Origin: Minisyncoccia bacterium
GTDB taxonomy: Bacteria > Patescibacteriota > Minisyncoccia > Phycocordibacterales > UBA918
Reading direction: 5' to 3'
Length of the DNA: 64,000 nt
Assembly (NCBI GenBank): GCA_046293175.1
Contig: JBKBPM010000001.1
Span: 427,446-491,445, forward strand
The translations under genes and the position numbers were made by a program. The notes below the pieces were generated by a model that saw nothing but the letters and a program-made list of their open reading frames with translations, was not told where the DNA came from and ran no database searches. Below, piece by piece: positions 56,241-64,000 of this stretch (within the stretch, counting starts at the first letter, position 1; each line of letters opens with the position of its first letter).

Positions 56241-56927
56241 CTAGAGCTTATAGATAACATCTTTGCGTTCCACCACCACCTCCCAGTCAGCCTTCTTGGC
56301 GTACTTATACAATTCAGCGTTCGGGTTAAAACAAATCGGTCGTTCAACTGAGGCAAGGAGCGGGATATCGCCGTCAGTGTCCCCGACTGCGACCGACCCA
56401 TCACGGGTGAGTTCCGGATGCTTTCGAAAAACTCGCTCAACAATATTCGCCTTGTTCTCTATCAGATGTTCATCTTGCACTTCACCAGTGAAGCGATCTT
56501 GGGGACCAATATCATAAATTCGTCCATACACCTTATCAAAGCCGTAGTCTTTGCAAAAAGCATCAAGTACCGTTTTGGGTGATTGCGAAATCGCAATAAG
56601 GAAATAGCCGTCACGCTTGAGCTCACGAATCAAATCACGAGTGTACCGATAGACGCGCTTTTGGTGGCGGGCCACGACACGCTTCCCGACATCCGCAAAG
56701 GTGCCATAGTGAACACCTTTGATATGTTGCAAAAAGGCATCAATGAGAGCGGCAATATACGCATCGTACGTCCCCTCGCGATCAAGCCAGGCCCGCCGTT
56801 CATTGAGGTACACGTCGCGAGACTCAGCTGGAAATATCTCTTCGCTAATCAAGGCTTCGACCAACTCGATGAGAAGACTCGAACGAAACAAGGTACCATC
56901 AATATCAAAAAAGGCGACTTTTTGCAT
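56241..56927 (-). CDS. HAD-superfamily hydrolase (HAD-IB/PSPase-like)
   Basis: The motifs FFDIDGTLF (motif I), ...SQSP... (II) and GDTDGDIPLL (IV) are present. Confidence 0.8.
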   Translation of the reverse strand: MQKVAFFDIDGTLFRSSLLIELVEALISEEIFPAESRDVYLNERRAWLDREGTYDAYIAALIDAFLQHIKGVHYGTFADVGKRVVARHQKRVYRYTRDLIRELKRDGYFLIAISQSPKTVLDAFCKDYGFDKVYGRIYDIGPQDRFTGEVQDEHLIENKANIVERVFRKHPELTRDGSVAVGDTDGDIPLLASVERPICFNPNAELYKYAKKADWEVVVERKDVIYKL

Positions 56928-56934
56928 GTATCAA

Positions 56935-57888
56935 TTATCGCACATTTATAAAGACTGGTCGCCACTCACGCCAAACGGCAACGGGCACAATTGATTCAGT
57001 ATATTCGCCGGGGACCATGGCTCCGACCGCACTAATCTTCAAGGTCTCGTCCGGTAACACCGCCTCAACATACCCCAATCGTCCCACCTCATCTTCGAGA
57101 AACCACTCGATAATCGTATCAGGTTGTGGCGCAATCATGCTCCGTACACCAGGCACACCCCGCAAAAGCGTATGCCACGAGCCAGCGAGGCGCGGCCGAG
57201 CAGGCGGCCACGCGATAGCGAGCCGATCACGTAACAGCCGCACGGTCACATATTCTTCGGCTGTGAGCGGCAGACCAATCGCACCCCCGAGGAACTCGTC
57301 ATTAATATGCTGACGGTAAATCTTCGCCACCTCACTATCGGCGAGGTACACAGTACCTGGTACGAGGGTTGGCCAAATAGTTTCAAGCTGTGGGGTAAGC
57401 GCATCTTTATGCACGAAGCCAACCTGTCCGTAGGCAAGCACTTCAGCATACGATCCTTCAAACCGACGCAGCGCAACAATCTGTCCGTATGGCAGTGTTC
57501 GCAATTGACTATCAAACTGCTGAACTGGTTCTTTAAAAAGTTTTGTGCCCTTGGTATCGCGCACCACATAGAGCATCCCCGGCTTGTTAAGGGATTCGGT
57601 CGTCTTTGGTGTCACTGGTAGCGGCAAAGTCGATTCGGTAGCCGGAGCTAGAGCTGGTGCCTCGGGGGTCTTTGCAATCAGAGTAACATCTACCTTCTCG
57701 AGTGTGAGCGGTGCTTCGGGATGTGGTAGTGTGACCGGTTCGATTTTACTCGGTAACTCACCGTACGTAGAACGGGCAGAGAGGGCATGCTTCTCTACTG
57801 TTTCTGTCCCGAGGAGGAAATGCCATAAATCAACCAAAACTAACCAAAAGACGTGCAGCATAGGGAGAATAACCCTAGTATAGCACAA
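56935..57888 (-). CDS. SH3b-domain-containing membrane-anchored protein, C-terminal domain unknown
   Basis: An N-terminal TM segment is followed by an SH3b-like segment MLYVVRDTKGTKLFKEPVQQFDSQLRTLPYGQIVALRRFEGSYAEVLAYGQVGFV. Confidence 0.5.
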   Translation of the reverse strand: MCYTRVILPMLHVFWLVLVDLWHFLLGTETVEKHALSARSTYGELPSKIEPVTLPHPEAPLTLEKVDVTLIAKTPEAPALAPATESTLPLPVTPKTTESLNKPGMLYVVRDTKGTKLFKEPVQQFDSQLRTLPYGQIVALRRFEGSYAEVLAYGQVGFVHKDALTPQLETIWPTLVPGTVYLADSEVAKIYRQHINDEFLGGAIGLPLTAEEYVTVRLLRDRLAIAWPPARPRLAGSWHTLLRGVPGVRSMIAPQPDTIIEWFLEDEVGRLGYVEAVLPDETLKISAVGAMVPGEYTESIVPVAVWREWRPVFINVR

Positions 57889-58136
57889 AATGACTAAGGC
57901 TGGAAAAAGCCTTTAGCCAAGTTTCGGTTGTTTATTCTCGAAAATGGCGCTTCGTACAAAACGTTATTTTGGATCCAAGTATAAGGCGCATGAGTAAAAT
58001 AAAACGAGCTGCCAAATAAATAACCAAACAGTAATTTAGATGAAGAACACAAGGAGCGGCTGGTTATGGAAGGAGATGTACACAGAAGGTACTTTGACTG
58101 ACAAAACCAGCCGCTCGACAAAGCTATTTGCCACAA

Positions 58137-59150
58137 TTACCGCTTGGTAAGGATGGCGCGTTTGTAGGTAGCAAGGTGTTCAAGCGCCACCCCCGTCCCC
58201 TTCGCCACACAAAACAGCGCTTGGTCAGCCAAGACCGCTTTCACTCCCGTGCGACGGCGCACAAGCTCTGGGAAGTTGCGAAGCTGCGAGGTGCCACCAG
58301 TCATGATGATACCGCCATCAATAATATCGGATGCCAGCTCTGGCGGTGTTTCTTGAAATACATCTTTGATGGCCTTAATCATCTCGCGGAGTTCTTTGCC
58401 AATCGCACGCACGACCTCATTCGTGCGAATCTCCGTGGTACGCGGGAGGCCCGTAAAGACATCACGCCCCTTCAGTTCCATCGTTAGTTCTTCCTCAAGC
58501 GGTAGAGCCGAACCCACTTTAATCTTTACCTCTTCGGCTGTCTTTTCACCAATCGCGAGATTGCGAGACTTCTTTACATAATCAATGATGGCCGTATCAA
58601 TGCGATTGCCGGCACACTTCACCGAGTTGGCGGCTACAATACCACCAAGCGAAATCACCGCCACGTCGATAGTTCCTCCCCCAATGTCGACAATCATGTG
58701 TCCTTCAGCGCCATATATAGGTACCCCAGCACCAATCGCCGCGAGAATTGGCTCCTTGACCACGTACGCATTACGTGCGCCGGCGTTCATCGTCGCCTCT
58801 ACTACCGCACGGCGTTCGGTCGAGGTCACACCAGCTGGCACTGAGACCATCACATCCGGCTTAAAGAGATTGTATTTACCGAGCGCTTTCCCAAGGAAGT
58901 AGCGTAGCATTGCCTCAGTAACGCGGTAGTCAGCGATGACGCCATCTTTCATCGGACGGTAGGCCCGAATATTGTCGGGTGTGCGACCAATCATTGCCTT
59001 AGCTTCGGCCCCCACCGCGAGCACCTGCCGGTTGTCGCCAACTGCCACCACTGACGGTTCATTAAGCACAATCCCGTGTCCCGGGACATAGACCAACACA
59101 CTGGTGGTACCGAGATCGATACCAATTTTAGGCGCAAAGCGATCAAACAT
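58137..59150 (-). CDS. mreB: Rod-shape determining protein MreB
   Basis: MFDRFAPKIGIDLGTTSVLVYVPGHGIVLNEPSVVAV matches the MreB N-terminus and actin-fold motifs are present throughout. The start is set at the Met that aligns with E. coli MreB. Confidence 0.92.
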   Translation of the reverse strand: MFDRFAPKIGIDLGTTSVLVYVPGHGIVLNEPSVVAVGDNRQVLAVGAEAKAMIGRTPDNIRAYRPMKDGVIADYRVTEAMLRYFLGKALGKYNLFKPDVMVSVPAGVTSTERRAVVEATMNAGARNAYVVKEPILAAIGAGVPIYGAEGHMIVDIGGGTIDVAVISLGGIVAANSVKCAGNRIDTAIIDYVKKSRNLAIGEKTAEEVKIKVGSALPLEEELTMELKGRDVFTGLPRTTEIRTNEVVRAIGKELREMIKAIKDVFQETPPELASDIIDGGIIMTGGTSQLRNFPELVRRRTGVKAVLADQALFCVAKGTGVALEHLATYKRAILTKR

Positions 59151-59197
59151 GCACCACACATAGTACAGGTTTTTGCCCATGGGGCAAACTGTAAGTC

Positions 59198-59215
59198 TAT
59201 AGCATATATGCTATA
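59198..59215. promoter_or_regulatory. 18-bp perfect palindrome TATAGCATATATGCTATA overlapping the -10 (TATAAT 59212..59217) of the HTH-murA gene
   Basis: It lies 22 nt upstream of ATG 59237. A second imperfect palindrome, tttgcccatggggcaaa, lies at 59172..59188. Confidence 0.45.
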
Positions 59216-59236
59216 ATGCTTACATAATCATTTGGT

Positions 59237-60739
59237 ATGGATAACAATATAGGAAAGCGGATTGCAGATATTCGTGATGCGCAAGGTCTCACCCAAAGTG
59301 ACTTAGCCAAAAAAATTAAAACCACACAGTCCGCGATTGCTCGGATTGAAAGTGGGACCCAAAACCTCACCACTGATATGTTACGTAAGCTTAGTGCCGC
59401 TTTGGGTAAAAATCTTGTTACCCTCTCCCCTGGCACCATGAATGTCGTCATTGAAGGTAAGAAGAAGCTGTCGGGCACGATTGAAACGAACACCTCAAAG
59501 AATGGTGCGGTTGGTCTCCTCTGTGCCTCCCTTCTCAACCGTGGCACCACCACCCTCCATCGTATGCCCCGTATCGAAGAAGTACACCGTATCCTCGAAG
59601 TACTTGAGAGTATTGGTATGGGTGTCTCGTGGAGCGGATCAACCGTGACCCTCACCCCGCCAAAGAAGTACAATCTCAAAAAGATTGATGTCGACGCGGC
59701 GCGTAAGACCCGCAGTATCATCATGTTTATCGGTGCTCTTATCCATACCATGCCAGAGTTTGCCCTCCCACAGTCTGGCGGGTGTAAGCTTGGGAGTCGG
59801 ACTGTCCGCCCCCACTTCTTTGCCCTTGAACACTTTGGGGTTAATATCGAAACGACTAACGACGCGTTTAAAGTGAAGTATGAACCAAAGTCTCCAAGCG
59901 AAATCATCCTCTTTGAATCAGGAGACACCGTAACCGAAAACGCCCTCTTTGCCGCGGCACGTCATACTGGTACCACCACCATCAAGTACGCGAGCGCCAA
60001 CTACATGGTGCAGGAGATTTGTGTGTTCTTACAGAAACTCGGTGTCACCATTGAAGGTTTTGGCACCACCACTCTGACCGTCACTGGTGTCGCAGACATT
60101 AATATGAATATTGAGTACACTTTGGCCGAGGATCCAACTGACTCGATGTTCTTTATTGCGGCAGCAATCGTGACCAATTCTGCCATCACCATCACCCGCT
60201 GCCCGATTGAGTTTCTCGAACTTGAACTGCTCGTGCTTGAAAAAATGGGGCTCGAATACACGAAGAGTAAGCCGTACTTTGGTAACAACGGCCAAGTGAA
60301 ACTCGTTGACCTGAAGCTCAAGCCTTCAAAACTTCGTGCCTCACTTGAGAAGGTACACTCCCGCCCGTACCCAGGTCTTAATGCCGACAACCTCCCGTTC
60401 TTCGCGGTTATCGCCACCCAGGCAGAAGGCCAGACCCTCATCCACGACTGGATGTACGAAAAGCGCGCCATTTACTTCACCGAACTCGAGAAACTTGGAG
60501 CTGACACCGTGCTCGCCGACCCACACCGTATTTATATCACTGGGCCTACCCCACTACGTGCGACCGAACTTATCTGTCCACCAGCGCTCCGGCCTGCAAC
60601 TATTCTTCTCATTGCCATGCTTGGTGCCTCTGGCAAATCGGTCCTTCGCAACATCTACAGCATCAACCGCGGCTACGAAAACCTCGTCGCCCGCCTGCAG
60701 TCACTTGGAGCCAATATCAACTATCTCGAAGAGCTCTAG
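59237..60739 (+). CDS. murA: UDP-N-acetylglucosamine 1-carboxyvinyltransferase (MurA) with an N-terminal XRE-family helix-turn-helix domain fused in frame
   Basis: Residues 1-57 read IGKRIADIRDAQGLTQSDLAKKIKTTQSAIARIESGTQNLTTDMLRKLSAALG, a canonical XRE HTH. From ~68 onward NVVIEGKKKLSGTIETNTSKNGAVGLLCASLL... aligns with the MurA N-terminus. The active-site loop QSGGCKLGSR carries a Cys. No stop codon separates the HTH from MurA. Confidence 0.85.
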   Translation: MDNNIGKRIADIRDAQGLTQSDLAKKIKTTQSAIARIESGTQNLTTDMLRKLSAALGKNLVTLSPGTMNVVIEGKKKLSGTIETNTSKNGAVGLLCASLLNRGTTTLHRMPRIEEVHRILEVLESIGMGVSWSGSTVTLTPPKKYNLKKIDVDAARKTRSIIMFIGALIHTMPEFALPQSGGCKLGSRTVRPHFFALEHFGVNIETTNDAFKVKYEPKSPSEIILFESGDTVTENALFAAARHTGTTTIKYASANYMVQEICVFLQKLGVTIEGFGTTTLTVTGVADINMNIEYTLAEDPTDSMFFIAAAIVTNSAITITRCPIEFLELELLVLEKMGLEYTKSKPYFGNNGQVKLVDLKLKPSKLRASLEKVHSRPYPGLNADNLPFFAVIATQAEGQTLIHDWMYEKRAIYFTELEKLGADTVLADPHRIYITGPTPLRATELICPPALRPATILLIAMLGASGKSVLRNIYSINRGYENLVARLQSLGANINYLEEL

Positions 60740-60812
60740 ATGAACCAATCATAAAACAAACAATATATCCTGTGGAGACGTATAACAGGTTAAATTTGCT
60801 ATACTCAAGACT

Positions 60813-62708
60813 ATGTATGTCATCGAGGTCATTCCGCTCGTTCGCGGTGTTCAGATAGAATCTCTGACCTATTTTTCAAGTACCGGGTACAGTCGTGGCA
60901 CTATTGTCGAAATCCCGGTTCGTGGCAAAACAGTGACTGGTGTGGTGATCGAAGTTTCACCCGTCTCAAGTGCCAAGACGGCACTTAAGGCCGCTACCTT
61001 CTCCCTGCGGAAACTTGCTCCTGATCAACGGACAACCACTCTCTCGCACCACCTCCTTGCCACCGTCGAAGCACTCTACAAAATACTCCCCGCCAAACGG
61101 GGTGCTATTCTCTTTTCACTCCTCCCGCCCGATGTACGTTCGGGTACAGTCTCATATCCACCACTACCGAGCCATCAAGCCGGTGAAGACCCGACCCCAC
61201 AGCTCCTCGCCGCCCCGCAGAAGGAGCGCTTCATTGGCTACCAAGCCATCATCAGACGCGCTTTTGCGCACCGTGGCTCAGTACTCCTCGTGGTACCATC
61301 CGCGGCCGCGGTCACCACGCTTTACGAGACCCTCAAGCACGGCATCGAAGACCGGGTCGTCTGTTTTAGTGGCGAGCAAACCAAGACCGCTAGACAAAAG
61401 GCCTACACGCAGTTTGCTGATCTCTCCCGCGCCTCACTGGTTATCGCCACCCCGCACTTTGCCTACCTCGACCGGTCTGATTTCACCACTATCATCATTG
61501 AAGATGTCGGAAGTAACCACTATGTCGAGCGTACACGACCATACCTCGACCACCGAGTGGCACTCTTAGCGCTCGCCAAAGTTGCACAGCGCGCCATCAT
61601 CCTCGGCGATATCACCACTCGTACCGATGATGAGTATCACCTCCGCAATGACCGGTACATCCCTTACGGCGAGCCGCAACGTCGACTTTCAATCGAGGCG
61701 GCTCTCTCAATTATCCATCAGCATGATAAACCGACACCCGAAGTTCCCTTTGCCCTCTTTTCACCCGAACTCAAAAAACGTATCGAAACTGCCCTTGAGG
61801 GTCGCCATAATGTCTTCCTCTACGCGGCAAGGCGTGGCCTTTCGCCCGTCATCGCTTGTATTGACTGCGGACATATCTTCCGCTGTCCAGACTCCGGTAC
61901 CCCATATTCACTTCTGCGTACGCATCACCCGATCAAGGGTGAGGAACGTTGGTTCATTTCGGCAACATCTGGTAAGCGAGTCCGGGCGAGTGATGTTTGC
62001 CCAGATTGTGGTTCATGGCGTCTGCGCGAACGTGGTATCGGCATCCAGTTCATCGAGGACGAAATCAAAAAACTCTTCCCGACCACCCCACTCATTGTTA
62101 TGGACGCCACGACCGCGGGTACCCACAAAAAAGCCCTTATGCAAAAGAAACTCATCGAAAGTCACAAAGGCGCCATCCTCCTTGGGACGAGTATGGCTAT
62201 GGCCTATTTGCCAAATCACCTCTACCTCTCAGCGATAGTCTCCCTTGATGCCGTGCGAGCCATCCCGACTTGGCGGGCTGATGAGTCGCTCTTCCGTCTC
62301 CTTCTCACACTCCGCGAAAAGAGTAGTCACGAAGTGATTGTACAGACTCGCTCCGACAACGACGACCTCCTCCTCTACGCGGCGCGTGGCGCCACTGACC
62401 GTTTCCATGATGACGAGCTTCACCTCCGCGAGATGCTTGCCTACCCACCGTATACGACTTTCTACCTGCTCACCTGGCAGGGCGCACAGGAGCACATCGA
62501 AGAGACTGAGAGACTCATCAAAAACGCATTAGGTACACTCGCGGTCACGCCACAGTTTTATACCAATCCGCAGTCACCAGTAACGAAACCGATTCGCCAC
62601 TGCCTCATCCGGACCGAGAAGACCACCGATACCACACACTTAGTAGAAGTACTCCGGCATTTACCTCCTCAAGTAGCTATAACCGTTAACCCCGATCGAA
62701 TCGTCTAG
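60813..62708 (+). CDS. priA: PriA-like primosomal protein N' with degenerate helicase ATP-binding motifs
   Basis: An N-terminal 3'-DNA-binding-like domain is present. Motif Ia LLVVPSAAAV (compare LVLVPEIALT) is present but the Walker A GxGKT position reads PQKERFIGY. The DEEH position reads IIEDVGSNH. The Zn-binding Cys region CIDCGHIFRCPDSG...CPDCGS is conserved. Confidence 0.65.
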   Translation: MYVIEVIPLVRGVQIESLTYFSSTGYSRGTIVEIPVRGKTVTGVVIEVSPVSSAKTALKAATFSLRKLAPDQRTTTLSHHLLATVEALYKILPAKRGAILFSLLPPDVRSGTVSYPPLPSHQAGEDPTPQLLAAPQKERFIGYQAIIRRAFAHRGSVLLVVPSAAAVTTLYETLKHGIEDRVVCFSGEQTKTARQKAYTQFADLSRASLVIATPHFAYLDRSDFTTIIIEDVGSNHYVERTRPYLDHRVALLALAKVAQRAIILGDITTRTDDEYHLRNDRYIPYGEPQRRLSIEAALSIIHQHDKPTPEVPFALFSPELKKRIETALEGRHNVFLYAARRGLSPVIACIDCGHIFRCPDSGTPYSLLRTHHPIKGEERWFISATSGKRVRASDVCPDCGSWRLRERGIGIQFIEDEIKKLFPTTPLIVMDATTAGTHKKALMQKKLIESHKGAILLGTSMAMAYLPNHLYLSAIVSLDAVRAIPTWRADESLFRLLLTLREKSSHEVIVQTRSDNDDLLLYAARGATDRFHDDELHLREMLAYPPYTTFYLLTWQGAQEHIEETERLIKNALGTLAVTPQFYTNPQSPVTKPIRHCLIRTEKTTDTTHLVEVLRHLPPQVAITVNPDRIV

Positions 62709-63046
62709 AGCACAGTCAAAACATGCCCAGGCGGTTTTGCTTTTCGTTCAAAAAACACTCATCGTTTATTTAATACCCCTCGTATTTTTCGCTCGTTTTC
62801 CTTACAGGAACTGTCTACTCATCTGTCTCTTTGTTCGCAAAACTCACAAAGATTCTACATGAGTCTTGCAAAATGGTCCCATCCCATTTCTCACCTAGCC
62901 TGAACGCGTTTTAACTGCACTCATTTTGTGCTTCTAAGCTTTTTTGAAAGCGGTTTTGAAACAGTCGTATATAAATTTGATTAATATTTTTTGAAGTGAG
63001 GGGGTATTTATTTTTCACCATATATAAGCTATAGTGTCACTATTCT

Positions 63047-63571
63047 ATGGCGAAACTTGTGCCCCAAAACCACCCCGTCCTCCACGCTACCGCAGTCGAA
63101 GTCACTCCGGAGGAGTTTTCTGATGGTACTGTCACGAAGCTCATCAAAGACATGAGGCAGGTGCTCCACAGCTATAGTGTCGACGGTTTCACCGCGGTCG
63201 CCATTGCGGCCCCGCAGATTGGGGTTGGTAAGCGTGTCTTTATTATCGAAGACCAGAGCAAAGACCGTGATGCCTTACCGTCTTTTGTCGCTATCAACCC
63301 GCAGATTGTGAAGTTCTCCAAAAAAACCCACGAAGTGGGTGAGGGTTGCCTCTCTATCCCCGACTACTATGGTCTCGTAAAGCGCTCAACCAATGTGACG
63401 CTACGTGCTCAAGACGAACATGGACAGTGGTTTGAACGTGGCGCTGGTTCCCTCCTTGCGCAGATTATCCAGCACGAATACGACCACCTCGACGGTATCC
63501 TCTTCACCGACCGTGCGACCAAGGTCTGGCACAAAGACGAACTGAAGAAGGAAAAGAAAACAATAACTTAA
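63047..63571 (+). CDS. def: Peptide deformylase
   Basis: GVGKRV... (G-x-G-x-AA-x-Q-like), EGCLSIP and QHEYDHLDG are present. Confidence 0.9.
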   Translation: MAKLVPQNHPVLHATAVEVTPEEFSDGTVTKLIKDMRQVLHSYSVDGFTAVAIAAPQIGVGKRVFIIEDQSKDRDALPSFVAINPQIVKFSKKTHEVGEGCLSIPDYYGLVKRSTNVTLRAQDEHGQWFERGAGSLLAQIIQHEYDHLDGILFTDRATKVWHKDELKKEKKTIT

Positions 63572-63629
63572 AATTGTCATTGCGAGTTATGAGCGACAAA
63601 GCGAATAACGTGGTAATCCAGTCAAAATT

Positions 63630-64000
63630 ATGTCTCAATCACCAAAACTGACCTTTGCCTTCTTTGGCACACCCGATATCGCCGTCACTGCACTTGATGA
63701 GATGGCAACGTTTGGCTTTGTACCTGCACTTGTCGTCTGTAACCCTGACGCACCAGTTGGTCGCAAGCACACCATGACCCCACCACCGGTGAAGGTCTGG
63801 GCCGAAGCTCGTGGCATTCCAGTCTTTCAACCATCATCGCTCAAAAACCGCGAGGATCTTACCCCACTTACTGATACTCAATTTGATTTTTTTGTTGTCC
63901 TCGCCTACGGCAAGATCATACCCGAGTGGCTCATCAATCTCCCAATCTACGGCACGATTAATGCCCACCCATCACTGTTACCGAAGTTCCGTGGCGCCAG
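63630..64000 (+). CDS. fmt: Methionyl-tRNA formyltransferase, 5' part (continues beyond window end)
   Basis: FAFFGTPDIAVTALDEM is followed by INAHPSLLPKFRG, the N-x-H-x-SLLP-x-x-RG motif. It lies immediately downstream of def. Confidence 0.85.
   Translation, partial: MSQSPKLTFAFFGTPDIAVTALDEMATFGFVPALVVCNPDAPVGRKHTMTPPPVKVWAEARGIPVFQPSSLKNREDLTPLTDTQFDFFVVLAYGKIIPEWLINLPIYGTINAHPSLLPKFRGA

Noticed and set aside
58063-58098. 11-codon mini-ORF (MEGDVHRRYFD) inside the loop of the inverted repeat downstream of mreB
   Set aside because: It is too short and has no RBS; it is more likely part of a structured element.
1-64000. CRISPR arrays, rRNA genes and additional tRNAs
   Set aside because: No regularly spaced short direct repeats, no rRNA-like conserved stretches and no further cloverleaf candidates were noticed on reading through.

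Overview
The gene content points to a small-genome bacterium, possibly a CPR/Patescibacteria-like lineage; this is inferred from the genes seen, not from any search. The window is densely coded and holds about 60 protein genes and one tRNA.

Main blocks:
- 1-18100: an AT-richer cell-envelope glycan locus. It holds a GT1, three TupA-like ATP-grasp paralogs, a GH5 hydrolase, a Wzx-like flippase, a very large polytopic membrane protein, a fused double GT4, a GT4, a GT2 and a big acidic surface protein with SdrD-B-like repeats and a C-terminal peptidoglycan-binding domain. Two of the ATP-grasp paralogs share a perfect 433-bp direct repeat.
- 18260-24900: housekeeping genes (RluB-like pseudouridine synthase, typA) and a cluster of small genes that includes a GIY-YIG nuclease.
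- 24972-35871: a candidate integrated island flanked by tRNA-Ser(GGA) and a large serine recombinase. It carries a CsoR repressor with a perfect palindromic operator, two DUF305 proteins, a P1B-2-type (Zn/Cd/Pb-like) P-type ATPase with a non-canonical DKTRT motif, a PAP2 phosphatase, an M23 peptidase, two DsbA-like thioredoxins, a DsbB-like protein fused to a SurA-N-like domain, and a membrane protein with an intramembrane CAAC motif.
- 36000-41400: a frameshifted S51 (PepE/cyanophycinase-like) gene, a membrane-anchored CphA-like ATP-grasp protein, a Cys-rich secreted protein and htpX.
- 41550-45550: a LemA / DUF2207 / MazG-like cluster and a stand-alone OmpR-type winged-helix protein.
- 45900-64000: groES-groEL, secG, a family-5 substrate-binding protein, RNase J, an MFS transporter, a MutY-like glycosylase, a class II photolyase, HAD, PspC and SH3b proteins, mreB, an HTH_XRE-MurA fusion behind a palindromic operator, a PriA-like protein with a degenerate Walker A, def and the 5' end of fmt.

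No CRISPR array or rRNA was seen. Many genes lack Shine-Dalgarno sequences, so the few small ORFs that have a strong one stand out. All calls rest on reading the sequence and translations by eye against remembered family motifs; no database search was run.
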